From the NCBI GenBank assembly GCA_051362555.1, contig CM120646.1, forward strand, positions 3,782,001 to 3,846,000: a DNA stretch of 64,000 nucleotides, in the 5' to 3' direction. How positions within the stretch are numbered: the stretch's first letter is position 1; every line of letters starts with the position of its first letter. The stretch comes from Lingula anatina. Lineage: Eukaryota; Animalia; Brachiopoda. Positions 25,008 to 40,100 of the stretch are shown one piece after another. The notes under the pieces were generated by a model. That model did not search any database and was not told where the DNA came from. It saw nothing but the letters and a program-made list of their open reading frames with translations. The position numbers were made by a program, and so were the translations under genes.

Positions 25008-28000
25008 ATATAAAAAGCAATCCGTTGTTGGAAGGCCTGTAGCCAGCAATTTAAGGTTGAGGGAGGAGATCTTTTACTGAAAAAGTGGACCTTTTACCAA
25101 CAACCTACATGTACCTAGATAAGTGTTTACCCAGAGGGGACCTAAACCCTAGAAAAGGGGCGGTTCATTCGACCCCCCCTCCCCCCGAACACCCCTGGCT
25201 ACGGGTCTGGTATTCCTACAATGATATTTCATTGAATACTTGTGTCTCTCAACTTTTTACGGAATTAATGCATTACTTTTAGTATTATTTTGATGTAAGA
25301 TTATATATAAAGTAAATCCGTTTGAGAAAATCGTTTTAATAAAAAAGTACATATTATTGACGTTGAAGACTAATCTATTTTTAAAATTCTGATTTAAAAA
25401 GCCGTAGAGTAAAACTTTCTTGACCTTGGTTGTTCAAAGAATCGTAGGTATTTCCCGGTATCTGGACCAGGAAATATTCTTTCAAACTGTCCTTTTCTGT
25501 TGTCTTCGTCTATTGTCTCTATCAGCATCCGCACGTCATCTGCTGCCAGGTTGTCTAATATGGTTTGTTGTTGGGTCTTGTTAATATAAAGAAAAACCTT
25601 TCTTTCAATAGTTTAAAAAGCACAGATGAGTGCATAGTTTTTTTTTACCCAAATTGTCGATCAACTATCGAGACATACTGATATAAAGGTGTCCCTTTTC
25701 AGGGTACGGCGAGAATTTGGGAAGGTGGACAAGAGCAACCGTATTAGGAGTTCAAAAGGGTTACAGTGAGGTATGTCAATTATGTCCATTATAATTACAA
25801 TAATAATAGTTGTTATAGTTTATAACACTTTTTTATAAACGAGTATCATCGCCGAATTAAAATCTCAATTTCTTCACTCCCCCCCCCCCAACTCTACCCA
25901 CCTCACTAAGATTTTGCGTGTAGTATTCATGCTTCTCCTGGGCCTCGGCGGACAGTGTCTGCACCCACAGCCTGTGGTCCATAGTAAGGTGTTTAGGAAC
26001 GCTTGACTTTCTGAAATATAACCACTTACATGTGCTTCAAATGTGCGTTTGTGCAAATATCGACGGGTAAAGTGCAATTGTTTCTTGTAGATGTAACATG
26101 AATAGGCAAAGGAAACGATTGACTGTTAGAGGGTAGAACTTTACAAATTAAACATGACTTTTTAGATTTTAAATCGGGTGTTTACAAAGATTTATGTACG
26201 AGCTAGAACGACAAGTCTACCTTTCCGGTCCCAACTGCGATCGAAACTCCCTGTTCCCAACAAAGGGAATCTGTATACCAGCAAGGTTCAGCACATCCTT
26301 TAACAACGGTACGTGCACCTTGGTAAAGTTACGGCCCATACTGAAAGTTGATATGATAGCAATTGACTGCCGTCTGAGGCCTATCAGAGAATGAACAATG
26401 CCAACATCAAGCACTGGAATTGTTTTAATGGTCATTTCACAATACTAGGCGCTAATAAATTGATCAATAAAAACATTAACCTTCCAGAGGAACCCCCTTA
26501 AATTGACAAGCCAGGCACTTCGCTAATAGAAGAAAAAAGATCGCAGTCAGCATCTGGTTAATTAAAGCATAGCATTGCATTATCACACTTACACATGATT
26601 AATCAAATGTAATTACTGAAGAACGTGCTCAAAATATGGTAAATATTATGATCAACAGTCATAGCTATAAGATATTCTATAGGAGATGCTTATTTTGTAA
26701 AAAAAAAAAAAAAAAAGAGAGAGATTATTGAAACAGAAATCGCCAACGTTTTTTCCTTGTTTTTTTGGCCCAAAGATGTCCCAAGATAGAAACCATAACA
26801 TGTGGATTTATTTATAGAATTTAAACTTACAAAGGAGACACGTTGACCTCAAGCACCCACAGTTTGAGGTTAGCGTCCAAAAGAACGTCGAAGCCAAAGA
26901 GTTCATGAACGCTGTATCTGCTCTTTAGGTAGGACTTGGCTGCCTTGCGCATGTCAGCCTCTCCGCTACGATATGTGATCAAACCATATCAATCATATAT
27001 AGATATGTGATATCAAGACTATACGTGCATGTATAAGATAACTAAGCGAACCGCTATGATAACCAAATACATAAACAAGCCACAGATTCAGGCTATACAC
27101 AGAAAGTTAACCTGCTGCAAAAATCATATCAGTTTGCAAAATGTCAGAAGATTAAACTTACTGTCAGCAGGTCATGCATGGCTGCGCAACAGTTTAAAAC
27201 GTGCCAAAGTGTTTCCGTCAAACCAATATATCAATTTTTTTTAGATATTTGAAATATCTTTCCAACCCCTCGGACTGCATCAAGCATACAGTATATATTC
27301 CTTCTTTGAGTACCCGTTTTGAAAGCAACGGTCAATGTTTTAGGCTAGATGTTTACCTTATGGTAGTCTTGATAATTATATCTTTTATGTCCTCCCAAAC
27401 CGGTTTTCGATCTATTCCGTGGTGCCGTTTTAAATATGCCCAAAACGAAGAATGCGACCTGCAATGGAATTCATGGAGACCCAGCTTTGTCATATAATGT
27501 CATGGTGTGGCACGCCATGCTATGTCATGCTATGTCATGTTGTATCGTGCCATATTATATCGTACTTTGCTATGTCATGCTATGTCACGTTATGCTATGT
27601 GATGCCCTGTTATGTTATGTTACGCTTGTCATGATACGTTATTTCATGTTATGTCATTTTAGGATATGTTATCTTATTCTATGTTACGTTATGCTATGGC
27701 ATGTTTTATCATGTTAAGGTATACCATGTTATGTGCTTTTATGTGATGGAAGATGTTTTATCATTTCATATGATGTAAGATGTTTTTATGATAGACATCC
27801 TTCGACCATAAAGGGCCCCCTTAATTATGTACATTTTAAACATGTATTGAGAACATGTATTGCAACATTGCCGTTTATTTAAACGTTGTCACAAAGCTAC
27901 TTATAATGGAGGCATTGTCATTTCATTTGAAGTTATTCTTACCAAGTGTGTCCTTCTTGCATCTCATGATCGATACGGAAACCCTTCTTCTTACTATTGA

Positions 28001-28289
28001 CAGCAAAGTTTGTTAAATGTGCGAATTTATTATAGACGTTTTTCATGGAAAACCTGAAATCGAAAAAGTTTAACGTGATTGTGGAGATACCCTATGCCAA
28101 AACTTCAGTGTAAATTAAGAAAGATTATTTATTACCAGAAAAGCAACCGCCTTCAGCCACCAAGAGTTTCATGAAATGTTATAGATTCGGTAAAGTGCTG
28201 ATTATCGATGTTTGTTAACATCGAACTTAGAAAACCGGGTAAACACATGATTGACACCCTGGTGGGTTAATTAATTTTCATTTATTAAC

Positions 28290-28334
<45 letters not shown>

Positions 28335-31300
28335 ACCATTTGTTTCTTGGACTTTATGTTGTAAAATATGGTGTGGGAAAATGGCTCTCCTTTTGTTGAC
28401 AATCTCTCTTAGCTGCAGTTTCGACTACTAAAGAATTAAATTATACAAAATATACTCACTTTTCGGAGGCAAATCTAACTAGACCTTCTGGATATAGGTA
28501 TATCCGTAATGGGTCCACCGAAGTCACTTCCACGTAAATCCGCAAATCGAACTTGTACCCTTTGATGAGGAAAGGGTTCGGGACATACCTTGTGAAATTT
28601 CGAAAAAGTGCAATGCAACAAATCATGTTAATAGATTCTCTTAACTCCAATACAGAACACGAGCGTATCTGGGAACCGGGAAAAACACTCGAGCAACAGC
28701 GATAACATAGAATTAAAAAACGGATTAAAGTGTACATTTGATGCTTTGATTTGATCTGGAATGATAGTGAGAATTAGAATAATAAAAAATTATCTCTTCA
28801 GATACTTATTTGTCATAAAAAGAGAAATCAATGCAGTTCGACAATACACAGGCACCATATATGTCTCAATAGTTTTAGTGCTTATAGCAAACTACTTGCC
28901 TTTGTACGACAGCATTTCGGAACCTGTTGGCGTCTTGCCACTTTCGTGTCATATATATTCCAACTGCTTTACTGTAACAGTACTTAGAGCAAGGAGTGAA
29001 ATGTACGTTACAATACATGATGGCAGTGCAGCATGTTTCATTCAATTAAACAATGAATCAATCAATATTTATTATCGATTCAATTGCCTATTTTACAAAG
29101 TCCATTGCAGAAGAATTTCATCGTGGAACAATTGCATGTGCTAACTTATAATCCATTTATAGGAAAGATATGCTGTAATGATAATTTAGAAATCTACAGA
29201 AAATGTGTTAAAAGATAAAAGAAAGAAACATTACACAAAGATTAAGGCTCAAATGATACCAACTTCAATTAGCAGGCAGCCTTTCGGTGGTCAGTAGATT
29301 TTTAAAAAGTCGATAGAGATAATTTAAACAAATATTTATAGTGCATTTATAGTGCACTGGTTTAATCAGTATAATTGGATCAAATAACAGGCGCCGATTT
29401 CAACATTTACCGGTTTGACAATCCAGACATGGTCTTCAATGCTGCTGGGTAAAAACTGTCGAAGCTGGTTGACGTCAGTTGGAAGAAGGAAAGTAGATGG
29501 ATAAAAGCCGTATTCCTTTTTTCCGTGAATCAGCGCCATGTTTTGCAAATTCCGCGTCAGTCTGTCTTTGCATCCAATTGTCCAGCTGTCCGGAATGAAT
29601 GAGAACTGAAAGAAAACTTCCACTAATTGTAAAACATCCAATTCATTCACTTTATTCATTCTACAAAGAGTTAAATCGACAAAATGTATATCATGAAAAT
29701 GAAATAAATTAATGGCTGTATTTGATCGGCTTTTACTGTCAACTTAGCCTGTCGATATTCAAGAATGATAAGGGGTTGGTGCCAATCGAACTAAACTCAA
29801 TTCCCCTTTTTTTTCTGAAATCATATGGGCTTTTTTTCAGAGATATTTTGATGGTCCATTTCAATTGCAACAGGAAGATTGTATCCCCTAAATATCATTC
29901 ATTTACCTTCTGCTGTGGTGAGATGTTCAGATAAGATTCCATTTCCCTAGGTTTGAATGATTTATGAAAATACAACGTCCATTTCTGAACATCTGGAACC
30001 ATAAAACATACTTTATATACTACAAAACACTTTCCTTACTTAACCATTGCAGACAGATACAGAAACAGAATGCACGTTTCAATTTGATTTTTTTTCACAG
30101 TAAGATGCACTGCTAAGGTAATACGGAACATTTGTTTTTTTGAAATTGCTCAGATTGGAAAAGATGAGAATTTTCAATTTTGGTATGTTACCTGGATGCT
30201 AATTTCATAAAATTGACTCACCTTTTGTAGGTGCGAAACCAACTTTAAAAGCCAGCTCTAAAGCAATATCGCTCCCTTTGTGATAAATAGTCAATAGGCT
30301 TCTTATCCGAGGACTCAACATACCAACTGAAGGCAAGGAATGTGACATATAAAAAGAACATATAGAACGAAGTTCAGTTTGGTTCTTCTGTAATGCACTG
30401 TAGGTTTTTGTATATATTGTATTGTACGTTCTACAATATTACATTGATATTTCAGTGACTGTGCACCTGCGAGTGTGTATGCATTGTATTAAGTCACACA
30501 ACTATACTGATGCAGTGTATCATATTGTTTTTGTAACGTAATGTGCTTTCTGATTCTGTGATGTCTTTGTATGTTTGTATATATTGTAATAGCATGTATT
30601 GTATTGTATTGCTTAATAAAAAAATGTATTGTATTGTATTGTATTGCTTAATAAAAAAAAGGTTTGGTATGTTTTGCGAGGAAGAAAAGACAACAAGTAC
30701 GGATGCTGTCCATGAAATTTCTAATCTTTTTTAATGTTAACCTTGGTTTTCCTTCCTGACCACACAGAATCAACCCGTTTTACCCCCCCCCCCTCCCCCA
30801 CAGTTACCAAAGAGCGCATTCAGCATAGCGGACTAACAGATCCGCGGATCAAATATGACCGACCCACTTGAATGTTTGTTGCATTAATCCCCGTGGTTAA
30901 TCTATTCAATGTCTAATTGAGAATTACGTGCCAAGCTTTTTAATGGTTCCCCATATTTGATCCGCGGACAAGTAAATCCACTGTTGTGAATGTGCTCAAA
31001 CTCTTTTCGATGGGAATTTTACGTATAGCAGTAAACAACCTCGACCAGCTCACCATCTTCATCCGGCAGCACGAAGTTGATGGTCGGTGGCACGTTTGAG
31101 AACAGGCTGGGAGTCAGGGCTGGATGCACGTGGTGTTTTTCTTTACCTTGAGACCCCTCAGGCTGTACTCGAACCGTGGTCCTGGGACAACTCTCTGATG
31201 GTGTTTCCCGGGTTCCTGTGCCGCCTGGAGTAGTTCCAGTGATTGCTTGTTTCTCACAAACATCATTATCCGGCCCATTTAGTTGGTGGAAATTGTATGC

Positions 31301-31747
31301 TATGATCAAATTATAAATTTAATGGTTAGTCTTAACAACATGAAGGTGCAGCTTTAAGCCCTTAGGTGGGGGGAAGGTGGGCGTCCGCTCTGGGTCGCTT
31401 CTATTGCTTTAGGCACTATGTCACTTCCCAAGACGATAAAAAACTCTCTTTTCAAGACTGAGTGCACTGTCTTAACTTTTCTAAATAAAGTGGGGAGGGA
31501 ATACCCTGTATCACAATTGTCATTTTTAAGCATAAGATCTTTTTTTCCCCAAAACAATATTTTGTATTTCCGATATGGAAAACAAAATGTCTTAATATTG
31601 GCAGCGAAGAGACATCATATTATCATCATCAATTATATTATTGAAAATAAAGCGAGGTTTAATATACTCACTTAAATCGATCTTGTCTGCCGAAATCTGA
31701 CGAAGAAATCCTATCGTACAAACAAGCAGAATCGTTCTGAAGGCCAT
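24821..31747 (-). CDS. TTLL4-like ATP-grasp ligase, type B copy B2, 14 coding exons, 586 aa, signal peptide
   Basis: Exons 31747-31672, 31299-31054, 30326-30222, 29992-29907, 29605-29411, 28982-28900, 28588-28460, 28053-27943, 27458-27357, 26965-26831, 26340-26221, 26010-25902, 25576-25425, 24932-24821. Same lengths as B1; no stops seen. Confidence 0.88.
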
Positions 31748-33576
31748 CTTAAACTGATAAAGCAGCGTCTTGGCGTAGTAGCCTTTTTTAACACTCTGCA
31801 ACTGGGTGGATGTATGTTCATGGAAAAATATGCAGTGATTTAGAAGAATACCAGCAGTATTCAAATTGATTATAGACGTTTATACAGAATTCATCATATG
31901 CAGAACCATATGCTTCTGTATATCATGCAATAATGTATTCAGGTTTTAAGGCATTATTCATATCTTTTCAGGTGAGAGACAGGTTAGGAGGAATCGACGG
32001 GGCTATCCCATTTGTCCTTCTTTTAATGCAAACATTCTGTTATCAAGTTTCTTTCAATAATGCAAACTGTTGGTAGCTATAAGTTTGGGAACCCAGTTCA
32101 AACATGCTGAAGCATAGACTGGGTTCCCATTCCTAGATCGATCTACAGCATCGCTCCATCTTCTAGCGGTTTCTCGCTAAATTGTTTTCAGCTTAAGCCG
32201 CTTAGATGTCTGGCACGCCTACTGAAGCTGGTAATCGATAATTAATTACCCCCTAGCAGCTTCAGTAGGCGTGACAGTCATCTAAGCCGCTTTAGTTGAA
32301 AGCAATTTAACGAGAATCTCCTCGGTGATAGATCGATCCACAGTTAGTACGATAGGGTCTGGGAATGGTCCTAAAATTTACGCTAACTGTAATAACTGCA
32401 ACGATGACATTGCTCCTGGGAACAAAATAACAATGTAATCACAAAATAAAAATCTGAAGTTTTACCCCACTGTGTGAAGTATTGTATAATGATGTGACCT
32501 CCAAGTAACTGGTGTTAGCCTTGATGTAGAAACCATAAAGCTATGGAATTAGAATTGTATTGTTGCATTGGCGTTAATAAAAAGTAAGGGGTTGCTACAC
32601 TGCTACATCTAAGGCACACCACGGGCTGAGAAACTGCTGCACTGCCATCATGTATCGTAACGTACATTTCACTCCTTGCTTAAAAAGTAAAAAAAAAAAT
32701 AACGCATATACAACTGTAAAATATTAGGATGTAGAAACTGTCACATTGCCATACTTCAAATGAGCTGCCCCCGTTTTAACTCAAGCTCCCTCATAGCGTG
32801 GTACCATGGTTCTTATGTTGCTAGAACGATGCTGCAGTACCCTTTACCAAGGCGATAGATTGATTTTCACAAGATATTCACAGGTATATCTTTAGATAAA
32901 TAGAAAGTCATTCTGGCTTTTTGAAATTTTGCCTGCAATATCTGCCACCCTGGTAGAGGGTAATGCAGAAGTACAGTTGACTCGTTTTGCACTTTTGGAA
33001 TGCTTAAAAATTGAAGCACGTACCTCCTTAAAAAGTAGACCGTGTTTTAATAAATAACGAAAAAAAAGACTCATGTATGTTCGTGTTGGTGTGTTTAGGG
33101 CTATAGTGTACCACACAAGTACTACAACTTCTATGAGTGTACATGCATCTGTTGCGCAGTTTTATGTTAGTATGTTTTCGATTATGTCTTTATGTATGAA
33201 TAATTTTGTAATATAATGATATGTTGTTTAATTACATATCATTGGTCGTATATTTGCAAAGGGGTACGTGGGATATAACACACTGTCACCCGGGGCGATG
33301 TTATTTGACATACTGACCGACAGCAAGTACTCGCATTTCACCGAGCTCCCCTCCCCCCCCCCCCCCTTAAGCCGACTACCGGTATATCACCAGGGCCAAA
33401 TAACATCTCTCGCTATGAATAAGTAACTTACAGTGTCTCACACGGTTGGCACAACATTCACGATACGCATAAATCCCAATAAAGCAACTTTAACAAAGTT
33501 TAAGTTTGCAATAAAAGTGACTTGCTTTTATTCCCAAGAACACTGTCATAGTAGCACTTATGGCAGTTAGTTGAAA

Positions 33577-35438
33577 TCATGCTTCAACATGTTTGAACTG
33601 GCGGCACAGCGACTCCAGAATGTCCCTCCCTGCCTCTTGGTTGTCATGGTAACGGCTGATCCACTGGTGAAGAAGTAGGTTGTAGTACCTAGGAGACATC
33701 ATTTTACGACATTAACGAGAGTCGAAAATAAATAAATAAATAAATAAATATAAAAAGTATTCCGTTGTTGGTAGGCCTGTAGCCAGCAATTTAAAAGGTT
33801 GAGGGAGGAGATCTTTTACTGAAAAAGTGGACCTTTTACCAACAACCTACGTGTACCTGGATAAGTGTTTACCCAGAGGGGACCTAAACCCTAGAAAAGG
33901 GGTGGTTCATTCGACTCCCCCCCCCCCCCGCCCCCGAAAACCCCTGGCTACTGGTCTTGTATTCCTACAATGATATTTCATTGAATACTTGTGTCTCTCA
34001 ACTTTTTACGGAATTAATGCATCACTTTTAGTATTATTTTGATGTAAGATTATATATAAAGTAAATCCGTTTGAGAAAATCGTTTTAATAAAAAAAAAAT
34101 ACATATAATTGACGTTGAAGACTAATCTATTTTTAAAATTCTGATTTAAAAAAGTCGAAGAATAAAACTTTCTTGACCTTGGTTGTTCAAAGAATCGTAG
34201 GTATTTCCCGGTATCTGGACCAGGAAATATTCTTTCAAACTGTCCTTTTCTGTTGTCTTCGTCTATTGTTTCTATCAGCATCCGCGCGTCATCTGCTGTC
34301 AGATTGTCTAATATGGTTTGTTGTTGGGTCTTGTGAATATAAAGAAAAACCTTTCTTTCACTAGTTTAAAAAGCACAGATGAGTGCATAGTTTTTTTACC
34401 CAAATTGTTGATCAACTATCAAGACATACTGATATAAAGGTGTCCCTTTTCAGGGTACGGCGACAATTTGGGCAGGTGGACAAGAGTAACCGTATTAGGA
34501 GTTCAAAAGAAGGTATGTCAATTATGTACATTATAATTACAATAATAATAGTTGTTATAGTTTATAACACTTTTTTATAAACGAGTATCATCGCCGAATT
34601 AAAATCTCAATTTCTTCACTCCCCCCCCCCCCCCAACTCTACCCACCTTACTAAGATTATGCGTGTAGTATTCATGCTTCTCATGCGTCTCCGCGGACAG
34701 CGTCTGCACCCACAGCCTATGGTCCATAGTAAGGTGTTTAGGAACGCTTGACTTTCTGAAATATAACCACTTACATGTGCTTCAAATGTGCGTTTGTGCA
34801 AATATCGACGGGTAAAGTGCAATTGTTTCTTGTAGATGTAACATGAATAGGCAAAGGAAACGATTGACTGTTAGAGGGTAGAACTTTACAAATTAAACAC
34901 GACTTTTTAGATTTTAAATCGGGTGTTTACAAAGATTTATGTACGAGCTAGAGCGACAAGTCTACCTTTCCGGTCCCAACTGCGATCGAAACCCCGTGCT
35001 CCCAACAAAGGGAATCTGTATACCAGCAAGGTTCAGCACATCCTTTAACAACGGTACGTGCACCTTGGTAAAGTTACGGCCCATACTGAAAGTTGATATG
35101 ATAGCAATTGACTGCCGTCTGAGGCCTATCAGAGAATGAACAATGCCAACATCAAGCACTGCAATTGTTTTAATGGTCATTTCACAATACTAGGCGCTAA
35201 TAAATTGATCAATAAAAACATTAACCTTCCAGAGGCGCCCCCTTAAATTGACAAGCCAGGCACTTCGCTAATAGAATAAAAAAGATCGCAGTCAGCATCT
35301 GGTTAATTAAAGCATAGCATTGCATAATCACACTTACACATGATTAATCAAATGTAATTACTGAAGAACGTGCTCAAAATATGGTAAATATTATGATCAA
35401 TAGTCATAGCTATAAGATATTCTATAGGAGATGCTTAT

Positions 35439-35486
<48 letters not shown>

Positions 35487-37072
35487 AGAGATTATTGAAA
35501 CAGAAATCGCCAACGTTTTTTCCTTGTTTTTTTGGCCCAAAGATGTCCCAAGATAGAAACCATAACATGTGGATTTATTTATAGAATTTAAACTTACAAA
35601 GGAGACACGTTGACCTCAAGCACCCACGGTTTGAGGTTAGCGTCCAAAAGAACGTCGAAGCCAAAGAGTTCATGAACGCTGTATCTGCTCTTTAGGTAGG
35701 ACTTGGCTGCCTTGCGCATGTCAGCCTCTCCGCTACGATATGTGATCAAACCATATCAATCATATACAGATATGTGATATCAAGACTATACGTGCATGTA
35801 TAAGATAACTAAGCGAACCACTATGATAACCAAATACATAAACAAGCCACAGATTCAGGCTATACACAGAAAGTTAACCTGCTGCAAAAATCATATCAGT
35901 TTGCAAAATGTCAGAAGATTAAACTTACTGTCAGCAGGTCATGCATGGCTGCGCAACAGTTTAAAACGTGCCAAAGTGTTTCCGTCAAACCAATATATCA
36001 ATTATTTTTTAGATTATTGAAATATCTTTCCAACCCCTCGGACTGTATCAAGCATACAGTATATATTCCTTCTTTGAGTACCCGTTTTGAAAGCAACGGT
36101 CAAAGTTTTAGGCTAGATGTTTACCTTATGGTAGTCTTGATAATTATATCTTTTATGTCCTCCCAAACCGGTTTTCGATCTATTCCGTGGTGCCGTTTTA
36201 AATATGCCCAAAACGAAGAATACGACCTGCAATTGAATTCATGGAGATCCAGCTTTGTCATATAGTGTCATGGTGTGGTATGCCATGCTATGTCATGCTA
36301 TGTCATGTTGTATCGTGCCATGTTATATCGTACTTTGCTATGTCATGCTATGTCACGTTATGCTATGTCATGCCCTGTTATGTTATGTTATGTTACGATT
36401 GTCATGATACGTTATATCATGTTATGTCATTTTAGAATATGTTATCTTATTCTATGTTACGTTATGCTATGGCATGCTTTATCATGTTTTAACATGTCTT
36501 GAATGGTATACCATGTTATGTGCTTTTATGTGATGTGATGTTTTATCATTTCATGTGATGTAAGATTTTTTTATGATAGACATCCTTCAACCATAAAGGG
36601 ACCCCTTAATTATGTACATTTTAAACATGTATTGAGAACATGTATTGCAACATTGCCGTTTATTTAAACGTTGTCACAAAGCTACTTATAATGGAGGCAT
36701 TGTCATTTCATTTGAAGTTATTATTACCAAGTGTGTCCTTCTTGCATCTCATGATCGATACGGAAGTCCTTCTTCTTACTATTGACAGCAAAGTTTGTTA
36801 AATGTGCGAATTTATTATACACGTTTTTCATGGAAAACCTGAAATCGAAAAAGTTTAACGTGATTGTGGAGATACCCTATGCCAAAACTTCAGTGTAAAT
36901 TAAGAAAGATTATTACCAGAAAAGCAACCGCCTTCAGCCACCAAGAGTTTCATGAAATGTTATAGATTCGGTAAAGTGCTGATTATCGATGTTTGTTTAC
37001 ATCGAACTTAGAAAACCGGTTAAACACATGATCGACACCCTGGTGGGTTAATTAATTTTCATTTATTAACCA

Positions 37073-37115
<43 letters not shown>

Positions 37116-40100
37116 ACCATTTGTTTCTTGGACTTTATGTTGTAAAATATGGTGTGCGAAAATGGCTCTCCTTTTGTTGACAATCTCTCTTAGCTGCAGT
37201 TTCGACTACTAAAGAATTAAATTATACAAAATATACTCACTTTTCGGAGGCAAATCTAACTAGACCTTCTGAATATAGGTATATCCGTAATGGGTCCACA
37301 GAAGTCACTTCCACGTAAATCCGCAAATCGAACTTGTACCCTTTGATGAGGAAAGGGTTCGGGACATACCTTGTGAAATTTCGAAAAAGTGCAATGCAAC
37401 AAATCATGTTAATAGATTCTCTTAACTCCAATACAGAACACGAGCGTATCTGGGAACCGGGAAAAACACTCGAGCAACAGCGATAACATAGAATTAAAAA
37501 ACGGATTAAAGTGTACATTTGATGCTTTGATTTGATCTGGAATGATAGTGAGAATTAGAATAATAAAAAATTATCTCTTCAGATACTTATTTGTCATAAA
37601 AAGAGAAATCAATGCAGTTCGACAATACACAGGCACCATATATGTCTCAATAGTTTTAGTGCTTATAGCAAACTACTTGCCTTTGTACGACAGCATTTCG
37701 GAACCTGTTGGCGTCTTGCCACTTTCGTGTCATATATATTCCAACTGCTTTACTGTAACAGTACTAAGAGCAAGGAGTGAAATGTACGTTACAATACATG
37801 ATGGCAGTGCAGCATGTTTCATTCAATTAAACAATGAATCAATCAATATTTATTATCGATTCAATTGCCTATTTTACAAAGTCCATTGCAGAAAAATTTC
37901 ATCGTGGAACAATTGCATGTGCTAACTTATAATCCATTTATAGGAAAGATATGCTGTAATGATAATTTAGAAATCTACAGAAAATGTGTTAAAAGATAAA
38001 AGAAAGAAACATTACACAAAGATTAAGACTCAAATGATACCAACTTCAATGGCATACTTAGCAGGCAGCCTTTCGGTGGTCAGTAGATATTTAAAAAGTC
38101 GAAAGAGATCATTTAAACAAGTATTTATAGTGCATTTATAGTGCACTGGTTTAATCAGTATAATTGGATCAAATAACAGGCGCCGATTTCATCATTTACC
38201 GGTTTGACAATCCAGACATGGTCTTCAGTACTGCTGGGTAAAAACTGTCGAAGCTGGTTGACGTCAGTTGGAAGAAGGAAAGTAGTTGGATAAAAGCCGT
38301 ATTCCTTTTTTCCGTGAATCAGCGCCATGTTTTGCAAATTCCGCGTCAGTCTGTCTTTGCATCCAATTGTCCAGCTGTCCGGAATGAATGAGAACTGAAA
38401 GAAAACTTCCACTAATTGTAAAACATCCAATTCATTCACTTTATTCATTCTACAAAGAGTTAAATCGACAAAATGTATATCATGAAAATGAAATAAATTA
38501 ATGGCTGTATTTGATCGGCTTTTACTGTCAACTTAGCCTGTCGATATTCAAGAATGATAAGGGGTTGGTGCCAATCGAACTAAACTCAATTCCCCTTTTT
38601 TTCTGAAATCATATGGGCTTTTTTTCAGAGATATTTTGATGGTCCATTTCAATTGCAACAGGAAGATTGTATCCCCTAAATATCATTCATTTACCTTCTG
38701 CTGTGGTGAGATGTTCAGATAAGATTCCATTTCCCTAGGTTTGAATGCTTTATGAAAATACAACGTCCATTTCTGAACATCTGGAACCATAAAACATACT
38801 TTATATACTACAAAACCCTTTCCTTACTTAACCATTGCAGACAGATACAGAAACAGAATGCACGTTTCAATTTGATTTTTTTTCACAGTAAGATGCACTG
38901 CTAAGGTAATACGGAACATTTGTTTTTTTTTTTGAAATTGCTCGGATTGGAAAAGATGAGAATTTTCAATTTTGGTATGTTACCTGGATGCTAATTTCAT
39001 AAAATTGACTCACCTTTTGTAGGTGCGAAACCAACTTTAAAAGCCAGCTCTAAAGCAATATCGCTCCCTTTGTGATAAATAGTCAATAGGCTTCTTATCC
39101 GAGGACTCAACATACCAACTGAAGGCAAGGAATGTGACATATAAAAAGAACATATAGAACGAAGTTCAGTTTGGTTCTTCTGTAATGCACTGTAGGTTTT
39201 TGTATATATTGTATTGTACGTTCTACAATATTACATTGATATTTCAGTGACTGTGCACCTGCGAGTGTGTATGCATTGTATTAAGTTACACAACTGTACT
39301 GATGAAGTGTATCATTTTGTATTTGTAACGTAATGTGCTTTCTGATTCTGTGATGTATTACATGTCTTTGTATGTTTGTATATATTGTAATAGCATGTAT
39401 TGTATTTGTATATGCTTAATAAAAAAAGGTTTGGTATGTTTTGCACAGAAGAAAAGACAAGTGTGTATGCATTGTTGTCCTCGAAATTTCTAATCTTTTT
39501 TAATGTTAACCTTGGTTTTCCTATCTGACCACACAGCATCAAACCGGTTTACCCCCCACAGTTACCAAAGAGCGCATTCAGAATACCGGACTAACAGATC
39601 CGCGGATCAAATATGACCGACCCACTTGAATGTTTGTTGCAATAATCCCCCTGGTTAATCTTTTCAGTGTCTAATTGGGAATTAAGCACCAAGCTTTTTA
39701 GTGGTTCCCTATATTTGTTCCGGGGACAAGTAAATCCACTGTTGTGAATGTGCTCAAACTCTTTTCGATGGGAATTTTACGTATGTCAGTAAACAACCTC
39801 GACCAGCTCACCATCTTCATCCAGCAGCACGAAGTTGATGGTCGGTGGCACGTTTGAGAACAGGCTGGGAGTCAGGGCTGGATGCACGTGGTGTTTTTCT
39901 TTATCTTGAGACACCCCAGGCTGAACTCGAACCGTGGTCTTGGGACAAATCTCTGATGGTGTTTCCCGGGTTCCTGTGCCGCCTGGAGTAGTTCCAGTGA
40001 TTGCTTGTTTCTCACAAACATCATTATCCGGCCCATTTAGTTGGTGGCAATTGTATGCTATGATCAAATTATAAATTTAATGGTTAGTCTTAACAACATG

